A stretch of 43,012 nucleotides of DNA from contig CAZVXJ010000002.1 of the NCBI GenBank assembly GCA_964631675.1, forward strand, positions 1-43,012, given 5' to 3'. The position numbers were made by a program, and so were the translations under genes. Every line of letters begins with the position of its first letter. The stretch's first letter is position 1. Source of the stretch: an uncultured Alphaproteobacteria bacterium (GTDB taxonomy: Bacteria > Electryoneota > RPQS01). The notes below the pieces were generated by a model. That model was not told the DNA's origin. It did not search any database and saw only the letters and a program-made list of their open reading frames with translations. Shown here in pieces: positions 26,498 through 38,400 of this stretch.

Positions 26498-29400
26498 ATG
26501 AAGTTAATGGTGAAGGTGTTTGGTTTTTCGCTGGTCCTCTTCTTCACCGCAGCAAGAGCGACCAATGTGGCAGTGAGCGTGACCAATTTCGCCTATACTC
26601 CAAGCACAGTAGTGGTTGCAACAGGCGACACGATAACATGGACTCGCGTGTCAGGCACTCACAATGTGCATCACAACGTAGCCATACCAAAGTTTCACAA
26701 CTCCGTAGGCGGCGCCTGGACGACCTATGTTTGGCCGTGTACGGTCGGCGTAGACGTACTGCCGTATCTATGCGAGCTGCATACGATTTCGACAGGTCAA
26801 GTTTCTGTTGCGGATATCTCCATCACCCTTCCATCCGGCAGCAGTTACTGGGCAACGGAATTACCGCATACAATCGCCTGGAACTCAGCTAATCTTCCCG
26901 GATCCGCAAATGTATCGATTGAATTGAATCGAGCCTATCCGGGTCCCGGCTGGGAGACGATTGTGAGCAGCACCCTCAATGACGGCACACATGCCTTTAA
27001 TCTCACGGGTCCCGCTTCTAATCATGCGAGGGTGCGAATTCGTGCGCTTGCAACGGCCACGATTTCCGGGTCCATTTCCGATACCAATGATTCTGATTTC
27101 ATCATTACGACTCAGTCCGGATTTAGTAATGAGTTGATTGGCTACTGGCCGCTTTCGGCAAATGCAGAAGACTCGAGCGGCCGGGGTAACACATTGGCTA
27201 ACAATCAGGTTGTCTTTGTTTCCGACCGGTATGGCTTTCCAGATGCTGCGGGTTATTTTAACGGTGCATCTGCTTTTCTGTCCACGGAACAGCCTTCCTT
27301 CGCCTTCCATCCCGACAGCGCGTTTACGTTTTCGCTGTGGGCAAGAATCGATTCCTTTAGCAGCGACCTCAATAGTCCGTGCACGATGGCATTCAATGGG
27401 ATCCTTCCTGGGGGCAATCTTGTCTGGATGATGGGTACTCAGCACAGCCAGCTTCGCTTTAGCGGCGCCCAGCAGCAGCATCAGAATGGCTGGCATTCTG
27501 CCGACTGGAGTGTATCCAATCTCACCCTCGGAAATTGGTACCATGTTGTCGGAGTTTACGAAAACCGCATTTTCCGCGAATACGTTGACGGAGTTCAGAG
27601 GGCTGTCAGCAGCGCATTGACCGAAAATCCCCAGGCGGCGGTTATGCCCTTTGCCATCGGCGCGACCCATGTGGCACCGGGTAACACGTGGGGTTTTTTC
27701 AAAGGCGCAATGGACGAGGTCCGACTTTACAGCAGGGCTCTCAGTGAAGGGGAAATCCTCTCGCTCTACCAGCCACTACCAACACTTTCCGGATCGCTTT
27801 CGGGCACTATCACTTCAGGAGAATACCTTGTGGTTGATTCGGTCTTCGTGGATAGCGGAGCCGTTTTGACGATAGAACCGGGAACACGAGTTATTTTCGA
27901 TGCCTGTGTGCCGCTGCTTGTTCGGGGGACGCTATTGGCCATGGGCAGCGAGACCGACTCGATCACATTTCTTGCGGATACGACGGGCGATCCAAACTGG
28001 TGGCAGGGCGTCTATCTTGTGGATACTGCATCCACTCGCAGTCAATTGCAATACTGCAACTTCCGTTTCGGTCAGCCTCCGGCGAGCTTATACTCATACT
28101 CGCGCACGGCGGGCGGCATCACATGCCACAATACATCACCTGAGATTTCCGACTGCACGGTGGAGTTATGTCAGACTGCGGGCATGGCAACCGCGTACTT
28201 TGCCAGCCCGCAGATCAGCCGCTGCGTTATACGGAATAATTCGGGTCATGGCATTCAAATGGGTGATTACGGGTATGGAACGATTCAATACTGTGTCATC
28301 ACAGAGAATTCAGGATCAGGTGTACTCACGGATGGCAATTTTGCAAGTATTCTGTTCACCGATTGCGACGTGACTTTGAACGGGGCTGACGGGGTTCGCC
28401 TGATATCGCAATTTCAACCATTCATTCTCGATCGCTGCCGTGTGAGTCAAAACTACGGGGCGGGAATTCGGATGAGTGGCGCCGAACTTGAAGCCAGAAA
28501 TTGCCGAATTGAACAAAACATGGGAGATGGAGTTCTTGTCAACACTTTCAATGGCACCATCGAGAATTGCATTTTGGGCGAGAATCAGGGCAATGGCATA
28601 ACTTTTCTCTACGGCGGCGGCTCGGTTAATCACTGCACATTTCACTCCAATCAGGGCATCGCTGTATTATGCAACCATGCTGAGCCTGTAAGCATCGAAA
28701 ACTCCATTCTAAATGGAAGTGAAATAGCTGAGCTTCAAATTGATCCTGATGAGTTCTGGCCGCAGCCAGTTGTTGTTCATAATTGTGTGATTTGGGGCGC
28801 AGCACAATTATGTAGTGGGACCTGTCCAGAAGGACTTCTCGAACTGAATTCTGTCAATGCAAATGGGGACCTGTGTGACATCTATCAAAATCTGGCAATG
28901 GACCCGGAGTTTGCAGACCCGCCAAATTCCGACTATTTGCTCCTTGATACCAGCCCCTGCATCGGCGCAGGAGACTTGGCTACTGCGATAAACTTTGACA
29001 TGGACGGCAATCCGCGCCCCGATCCACCGGGCTCGCTGCCGGATATCGGAGCATTCGAGAGTCCGGAAGGGTCGGTTCAAACTGAATGCACGCTTTCAGG
29101 ACCGCTGCCGGCTCAGGTCGGTCCAGGTGTGTGTCATGTAGTCGGAGATATTTCCGTAGCCGCGGGGACGACAACAACCATTGTTCAAGGCACCACGCTA
29201 ATATTCGACGGTGCCTTCCAATTCATGGTTCATGGTGCCCTGCTGGCACTTGGAACCGTTTCAGATTCAATCATCTTCACATCAAGCAATGTCGAACCAA
29301 ACCGCTGGCGTGGACTGCGGATTGAGAGCACGAATGACACTTCGCGACTAGCCTACTGCAAGATTGAAAACGCTCATGCAACCGGTGCGGAGCCGCAGGA

Positions 29401-32400
29401 CCACGGCGGGGGTATCTTTGCATACAATGCATCGCCGGTCATTGAGCACAGCCTCATTCAGAACTGCATAGCTAAACACGGTGGCGGCATCTATCTCTCC
29501 CACAGCTCCAATGGGCGGGTGGCCGATTGCGTGATTTCTAATAACCACTCCGAACCCTATTCGGGCGGTGGGTTGTTTATTCAGCAAAACTCCAACCCTT
29601 TAATCGCACGATGTGACATTTCACAGAACTCGGCACAGAATCTTGGCGGAGGCATCTACGTGTTTCTTGCTTCACCGCGAATCGAGCAGTGCACACTTGA
29701 AAACAACTCGGCGGCCTCGGAAGGAGGAGGACTATATCTTGAGCAATGTGATTCGTCACTCATCAGGGATTGTTCCGTTATCTCAAACTATGCAATCGGC
29801 AATGGCGGAGGTGCGGCATTCAGCGGCGGATCATCACCGCACCTTGTCAATGTCTTGATGCAAGGAAACAGTTCTGTTCAAGGCGGCGGTTTCTATTCAT
29901 TGAATTCTGCAGTCACACTGGACTCGTGCAGTTTGGATTCCAATTGGTGCACCGGTGGTCTTGACCTCGCTGGAGGAGGGTACTGGATTCTCGGAGGTGC
30001 GGCGACGTTTCGCGACTGTCGAATCACGCGCAACTACCTTCCCGCGGACGGGGCCTCAGGAAAAGGAGCCGGTGGGTATGTCCAATCCAATTCCGCAGTA
30101 GAGATGAGCCGATGCACTGTACGCGGAAATTACATCGACCTGACTCGATCAACTCAGCAGGGCATGGGGGCTGGTTTGTATTTTACGGACGAGAACCCGG
30201 TACCATTCAATTTAACGGATTGCATTATTGACAGCAATTACGCGACCGGCGAGATCGGAAGCAACTGGCAGGATGGCGGAGGGTTACATGTCTATTTGAG
30301 CCAGGGCGATATCCGGCGCTGTACAATTGCGGCCAATTCTACATCTCCGGACGGTTCCACCGGGAACGGCGGCGGAGTCTACTTGGAAATGTCACCTGTT
30401 TCCTTCGATTCTTGTACCCTCACCGGCAATACGGCCAATACGGGAGGCGGAATCTATGCCAATGGGGCAGCGGGATTTACGATTATGCACTCGAGCGTTT
30501 CAGGGAATACTGCTTTGGACAGCGGGGGGGGAATGGCACTACAACCAGGCGCTGGTGTCTCTGCGATCAGCAACAGTTTTGATTGGAATCTGGCGGGCGG
30601 AAACGGAGGTGGAATCTATATAGATGGAGATTCGCACTATTTTGAAGACTGCGAGTGGCAAGGAAACACAGCTAATGCCGGCGGCGGCACTTTTCTATTA
30701 GGATCAAATGCCGAGTACAGGAGTTGTCGATTCACGGAGAATGTGGCGCTGGCAGATTATGGAGGTGCTGTGGCCTGTGTTGCGTCTGGTATGTTGGTCT
30801 ACGGTTGCTTAGTCAATGGCAACCTAGCCCCGGTCGGCGCCGGATTCTATTTTCAGAATGCCGGAGAAAGCGAACTTCTTGACTGCACGGTTGATTCGAA
30901 TGTAGCTTCCGACAAGGGTGGCGGCGGGTTCTGCGTCAATTCAGATCCGCAAATATCGCAGTGTTCTTTCAGCAACAATTCTGCGGCAATCCAAGGCGGC
31001 GGTGGTTTGGAGATCGACGCATCAAACCCTTATATCCATGGGTGCCGTTTCGAATCTAACTCGACAACTGGCGGAGGGGCCGGACTTCACATTCGGCAGG
31101 GCTCACTGCCAATCATAGAGAACTGCCTGTTTCTTGATAACTCGGCCACCGTGGCCGCAGGTGGGATTGGGTGCTGGGAATCCAGACCCACGATCAATTT
31201 TTGTTCGTTTGTAGACAATACCGCGGCGGAAGGAGCCGGTCTAACTGCGTACAATTCATCCCGTGTGTCGTTAACCAACTCTGCAATTGTCAACTCCAAC
31301 GGACAGGGCATCTATTCCCACGCAGGCAATTGCAGTTTGCTGGTCAATAATTGCTTTTCTGACAACTCGGGCGGCAATAGTGGCGGCACTCCGCCGACAG
31401 GATTCGGTACGTTATCCACGACAAACGCTAACGGCACGCCGTGCGATCAATACAACAATATATTTGTCGATCCGCAGTTTGATGACACGGGTGCAAACGA
31501 CTTCACACTTCTGCCGTCCAGCCCCTGCATCGGCGCGGGTAATATGGACGCGGTTCCCGATGTTGACATGGACGGCAACCCGCGTCCCGATCCGCTGGGT
31601 TCGCTGCCGGATATTGGAGCATTCGAGAGTCCGGAAGGATCTCCGACGGGGGAACCTGCGGCACTGGTCGGTCATTGGCCATTGGACGGGAATGTGAGTG
31701 ACATGAGCGGCAACGGACATGCCGGCACGTTCAGCGGCGGCACTCCGGTTTATGTCCCTGACAGATTTGGCACAACGAACGGCGCGCTCTCATTTGACGG
31801 AATAAACGACTGTGTCGACACTGGGTGGCCCGGAATACTAGGCGGATCCGCTCGTTCGGTATCACTTTGGATCAAGACCGAATCTCCGACCGGAGGGCCG
31901 GCGCTAGCGTGGGGGGCTCACCCGGATACCAATATTACCGGAATGGTCTTTTATTGTGGAGTGGACTCGCGCGGAAGTTCTCCGGGTGTTTACACGGATA
32001 TCTATGGCGCGGCTGTTCAACATAACGGGACTGTGCTGGATAACCAGTGGCACCACTGCGTATGGGTGGTTCCAGACTCTGCAACTCCCATGCTTGGTGA
32101 TGTCCAGGTTTATCTAGACGGCCAACTGCTCCCCGTGATTGATTGGGTGTGGCCCGGTGGGGCTCCTCCGAATTCTGCGGAAATTTACACGCGGACAGGG
32201 ATACCCTTTTCGATCGGTACGTGGAGGCATGTGACCTGGCTGAACGGAGCGATTGATGAAGTCAGAGTTTACAATTATGCACTTAGCGGTGCGGAGGTGT
32301 TATCGCTTTACCAGCCCCCGCTTACACTATCCGGAGCATTGTCTGACACGCTAGGCCAGGGTGTTTGGCACGTCATCGCAGACATATTTGTTGGTTCAGG

Positions 32401-35400
32401 CGATACAACGGTGATTCAGCCTGGAGCGATTCTCTGGTTTGATGGGAACTACTCTCTTACTGTGTCGGGATTTCTTATGGCCATCGGTACGCAGACGGAC
32501 TCGATCTACTTCACGGGAAGGAGTTTAGTCGAGGGAACTCGAGGCGCGGGCCTGCGGTTTGTTTCAGCCGATTCTTCGGTGCTCTCCTATTGTGTTATTG
32601 AGAATATGCACAAGTTTGGAGGCTTCTACACTGGCGCCGGCGGAGGTGTGCATATGGTCCAATCATCACCACAGTTCTCTCGCTGTACGATACGGAACAA
32701 CCGGGCGGATTACGACGGTGGAGGAGTAGGATGTTACGATGCATCTAACCCAATTTTTGAGAATTGCCTTATCGAAGGTAACTACACTCAGTACGACGCA
32801 GGCGGCTTACTTTTTCATACGGACTGCGTGTCAACCTTAATGAACTGCATCGTCAGGGGAAACTCCACGGATGGCTCCAGTGGTGGGGGCGGTGTATTCA
32901 ACTATGCTTCCACTTTGTCGGTCACGAACTGTCTAATCCATGACAATCAAGCCAGTGGAAAAGGGGGAGGCCTTATTGACTACAACGGAAACCTCTACCT
33001 CACGCATTGCACAATTACTGGTAACATCGCTTCGGACTTGGGGGGTGGGCTGTCTGAGTACGAATCCGGAGACGTGGTAGTTCAGAATTGCATCTTGTGG
33101 AACAACTCTGGTCAAAGTGGTGAGAATGAAGCACATAACAATTCAGGTAGCATCCTTGTCACCCACTCGGATGTCCAGGGCGGGTTCAGCGGAGAGGGGA
33201 ATATTGACTTTGACCCATTATTCGTCAATCCCGCAAACGCAGACTACCGTCTATTGCCCACAAGCCCCTGCATCGGCGCGGGTAATATGGACGCGGTTCC
33301 CGATGTTGACATGGACGGCAACCCGCGTCCCGATCCGTCAGGTTCAATGCCGGATATCGGAGCCTATGAAAATAGTCTGGGAATTCCGCAGGCCACGTGC
33401 ACGTTGACCGGTCCTCTGCCAGCGATTGTCGGTCCCGGTGTGTGCCACGTCGCGGGTAACATCACGATTCCTGCGGGGGACACGACCACGATCCTGAACG
33501 GCACGACACTGTTCTTTGACGGACCATACCGACTGACTGTGAACGGTGTTGTCCGCTCACTTGGCCTCCTCGGCGACTCCGTGCGCTTCACCTGCGACAC
33601 ATCGGTTACGCACTGGCGCGGAATCAATCTCGATTTTACGGCTAGAGACAATCGTTTCGAGTACACGGTGATTGAATTCGCGGAGCGGCAGAATGAAAAC
33701 GGCGGCGGTATGGCCTGTGTAAACTCGACTGTGACGTTATCTCATTCTACAATCCGGAAGAACCGAATCTACCATTACACCGGCTATCCACATCTACGCG
33801 GTGGCGGACTATACGGCACCGGATCGACTGCGACCATCACGGACTGCGTCATAGAAGACAATGCGGTCGACGCAAACTACGATCAAGCCGGCGGTGGATT
33901 GTATTTCGACTTCAACAGTTCGCTGACAATGGCCCGTTCTACGATTCGCAGGAACTGGACAAATATTGCAGTTGGCTGGAGCGGTGGGAACGGATTGGGA
34001 CTTGCGCGAAGTACATACTCGATTTCGTCATGCAGATTTTCTGGGAATTATGCTGCCGGGTCGTCCGCACAATATTTCACACGGGGCAGCGGATTCTATA
34101 CGTATCAATCATCAGGTCCGATCACCAATTGTGTATTTGAGAGGAACTCCGTCGGCAATGGCGCCTCGGATGCCGGTGGTTCCGCGGTTTGCACCGAGCA
34201 TAGCTCTGTTCCCGTTTTTGTAAACTGCACTTTTGAGGGGAATCGCTGTCCCACAGGTGGCACGGTCTTCTTTTGGGACAACTCCTCCATGACCCTGCGG
34301 AATTCAATCATTGCGAATTCCGACGGAGCCGGTGTGATTTGGGGCGGCAACGCAGGATCTGTTGAAATCTCGCATAGTCTGATATTTGGCAACAGCGGAG
34401 GATCATTCATTGGGAATCCGCTTCCTCAGCTCGGCGTAATTTCCACCATGAATTCAAATGGTACGCCGTGCGACCAGTACTTTAATCTCTATCTGGAACC
34501 CCAGTTCTCGGACACAGCCGCACGCGATTTCAGCTTGGGGCAATCGAGTCCCGGTATCGGAGCGGGAGATATGACGAGCGCTCCGGCGACCGACATTGAA
34601 GGCCATCCGCGTCCGAATCCGCCGGGATCGTTGCCGGACATGGGGGCATTTGAAAGCAATCGCGGTACGCCGTTCGGAAGTGATCAAGACCTGATCGCCT
34701 TCTATCCGCTGAACGGCAACGGCGGCGACAGCAGCGGAAGCGGCAATCACCTGGTGCAGACCGACGTCTCTTTTGTCCCGAATCGCTTGGGACTTACTAA
34801 CTCCGCTGCACGGTTTAACGGAACCACCGCTTATGCAGCCGACATGAGTCCGAGTTTCGTTTCCCACGAAGACAGTGCCTTCACAATCGCGGCATGGGTG
34901 AACCTTGCATCATTAAGTCAAAATGGCGTCATTGCCGCTCATCACAGCACCAATGCCAATGTGTTTTTATGGAGTTTCGGGCCTTGGGATCAGAATTTCA
35001 GATTGTATGCTGCTAAACAGAACTCCGGTCAAGGTGGGGAAGTAAACTTCTCTCTGTCTACAATGCAACCGGGAGTCTGGTATCATGTTGCCGCAGTCTA
35101 CGACAATTCGGCAATACGCATTTACCGGGATGGCGTGCTGGCAGGATCCGCCTCCCATCCAATCGATGGTGCCGTTCACCCGCAAATGCCGTTCTCTCTT
35201 GGCGCCGCTTACGTCGATGGTTCGGGTTTTCAGGCTCACTTCAGCGGCGATTTAGATGACGTCTTGCTCTACAATCGTGCACTGAGTGATGCAGAGATAC
35301 TGGAACTTGCCACAACAGACTGTCCTGCAACACCCATCCCCTTTGCCGATGAGTTTGGCGGATCTATCGATACCTGTTGGAACTGGGTACCGCAGCCACC

Positions 35401-38400
35401 TGCACAATGGAGTATGTCCGCTCAACCCGGTTGGCTGCAGGCATCGACAGAGAGTGATCTTCATTATTTGCTTCGCACGCGCCCAGGCGGCGACTTCAGC
35501 ATTCAAACTCGCGTTCAGATCGCACCAACACAAAATCATCATAGTGCAGGGTTGGCCTATTGGAATAACGCCAATGAGTTGGTTGTGCTTCGCCGTCATT
35601 TTTCGAGTGACCATGGCGGACAAACCATCACGGTACAGACTGGCACCGCATGCGGTACTGACGCGTACATCCCCTGTACAACGACGGATCTGTACCTTCG
35701 CATGGAGGCCATCGGAACATCGCTGGTATCTTCCTGGTCAGCGGATGGCAGCACATGGACAGCCATACACACCAACACCTGCGCGTGGATTCAAAACCCA
35801 GCAGCAAAGATCGGTATCTGTCTGAGCCATGGGGCGTACGCTCCGCCAAGTGTGCAGGCAAGATTCGATTACTTCCATGTCAACGAATATATAGCTCCGG
35901 CGATCACGTTAAATTCCCCCAATGGCGGCGAAACTCTTGTCCTGGGTGATACGGTTAGTATCACGTGGAGTGCTCCGCTCCTGAATGAAAACGTTGCGAT
36001 TGAGCTGAATCGGAGTTTTCCGAGCTTATCGTGGGAGACTATCGCAGCCACAACCGAGAACGACGGTCAGTTTAGCTGGCCTGTGTCCGGGGCAACAACA
36101 AGCACTGCTCGAATCCGAATCCGCGGAGTTGCAACACCTTCGATTGCCGATACATCCAGCAACAACTTCTCGATTGCAGCTCGTACCCTCACGTTGACTT
36201 CGCCTGTCGGCGGCGAAAACTGGTACGTCGGTCAGCCGAGATCGATCACATGGCTCTCTCAGAGTTTCAACGAGAGTGTCCGCATCGAAATTGACCGGAG
36301 CTTCCCCTCTGAACTTTGGGAATTGCTCGCGCCCGGTGCGCCTAACACTAACCAATTTGTTTGGACTGTTGCGGGGCCGGCCACCTCAGAAGCCCGCCTA
36401 CGGATTTCGGGCGTCAATCACCCCTCTGTTGCAGACACTTCCCCCGGAGCATTCACGATTTCGATACCCACGCTCGCCGTACTCAGTCATGCCAGTGGCC
36501 AATCATTGTGGATCACGAATCCGGATACTATTCGCTGGCTGGCACCCAATCTGACTGGAAATGTGAACATCGAACTGGACCGGTCCTATCCGTCGGGGAT
36601 ATGGATTACAATTGCATCCAACATTGCAAATGACGGAATTGAGATTTGGAGTGTTAGCGGCCCCGTGACCAATTCGGCTCGAATACGAATAAGTTCTGCT
36701 TCCATGCCGGTCGTCGCTGACACTTGCAGCTTGGATTTCGCAATTCAATTGCCTGACCTCTCTCTGATCAACCCGGACGGTGGTGACTCTCTGTTCATCA
36801 CCAACATCGACACGATCCAATGGACTTCGCAGCACCTCTTCGGTAATATTCGGATCGACCTGAACCGATCCTACCCGTCAGTGAATTGGGAGCCTCTATT
36901 CCTGAATACGGCAAATGATGGCTCCGAAGTCTGGACCGTCAATGCCCCGGCAACGGGAAATGCGCGTTTTCGCATACGCAGCGCAGTTGACTTGGCTATT
37001 GGTGATACCAGTGAGTCTGACCTGGTCATTGCTTCACCTGTCCTTGAGATTCAAGTTCCGAATGGCGGAGAGCAATGGTATGCCACGAAGCCGGACACGA
37101 TACGATGGAGTTCATATCAGCTGTCAGGGAATGTATCGGTTCAGTTCAACCGGAGTTTTCCGGGTGCAGATTGGCAGACCATAGCGGCAAACACCCTAAA
37201 CGACGGACATGAGGTTTGGATTCCGAACCTGCCGACATCCTCCGCTACCCGGATTCGCGTTCTGAGCATGATGGCCGCGGGTGTCGGAGATACTTCTGAC
37301 AATAATTTTGAGATCGCCTTACCCTCACTAACTCTTGTATCTCCCAACGGCGGCGAAATTTTCTCCATGGGACAACAGGCACTGATACAGTGGGCATCAC
37401 AGGATGGGGCGGGAAGCGTAAGAATCGAACTCAATCGCAGCTATCCCGGCCCGACATGGGAGATGGTTGAGGATTCAACGGACAATGACGGCTCTTATGC
37501 CTGGTTGGTGAATTACCCTGAGACGGAGTTCGCGCGTATTAGATTGACGTTAAGGTCCTTGCCTCAGATCTCGGATACTTCGTTGAACGACTTTGTCATT
37601 CCACCACCTTCTCCGTCGCAGTTGCCCGGGCTTGTGGGCAGTCCTTTTCCGACGAACAGTGACATCATCAGCAATCCGCTGCCACGTATTTCGTGGTCGC
37701 CTGCGAACCAGAGCGAGATATACGACTTCTACTTCTGGCCCGATTCCACTCCAAAACCGGTCTCGCCAACTGCCGGAAATCTCACGGATACCTATTTTCA
37801 AACGACGATACCCTTGCAGTCCGGCCGGTTTTATCGCTGGTCGGTAACCAGTAAGAATCTATATGGCGAAACACAGAGCCCCGAATGGACTTTCAGGCTT
37901 CGGGGCCTGCCTGATCTGCGGGTGGATACCGTTATGGTGAATCAAGCGTGGTCCGGTCAGCCGCTGCAAGTAACCTGGCGTGTGACAAATTACGGTCAAG
38001 GTCCGACAGTAACTCCTGTGTGGAATGACAGAATCTGGCTCTCGGGGGACTTGGTCGTGGACATTGATGAACCGGAAGACCGGATGTACGGACCTTTTGA
38101 GAATGAAATGGCTTTGGCACCCGGTGAAAGCTATCTGAACACCCGGACTATTCAGATTCCGATTGACTATAACGGCATTTACTTCGTTTGGGTGATCACG
38201 GACAATCTGGATGCTTTCATTGTGAATCTTGGCACCTGGTGTGCAGAAACTCATGCCGCGGGTCCGGTGGTTGAAGAGAATGAATGCAACAACTTTGATT
38301 ATGCAGAGATAAACATTACTGAATCGCCGACAGCTGATCTTGAAGTTACGACATTGCAGGCCACACCGAATAATGTGTTCTCCGGCGACACCATGAATGT

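Noticed and set aside
26885-27670. A 261-aa minus-strand ORF, and similarly 37859-38563 (234 aa), 28316-28645, 34454-34867 and 35252-35623.
   Set aside because: All are antisense shadow ORFs inside the uninterrupted 5,505-codon plus-strand frame. They have low-complexity Arg/Gly/Cys-rich translations without recognisable domains.
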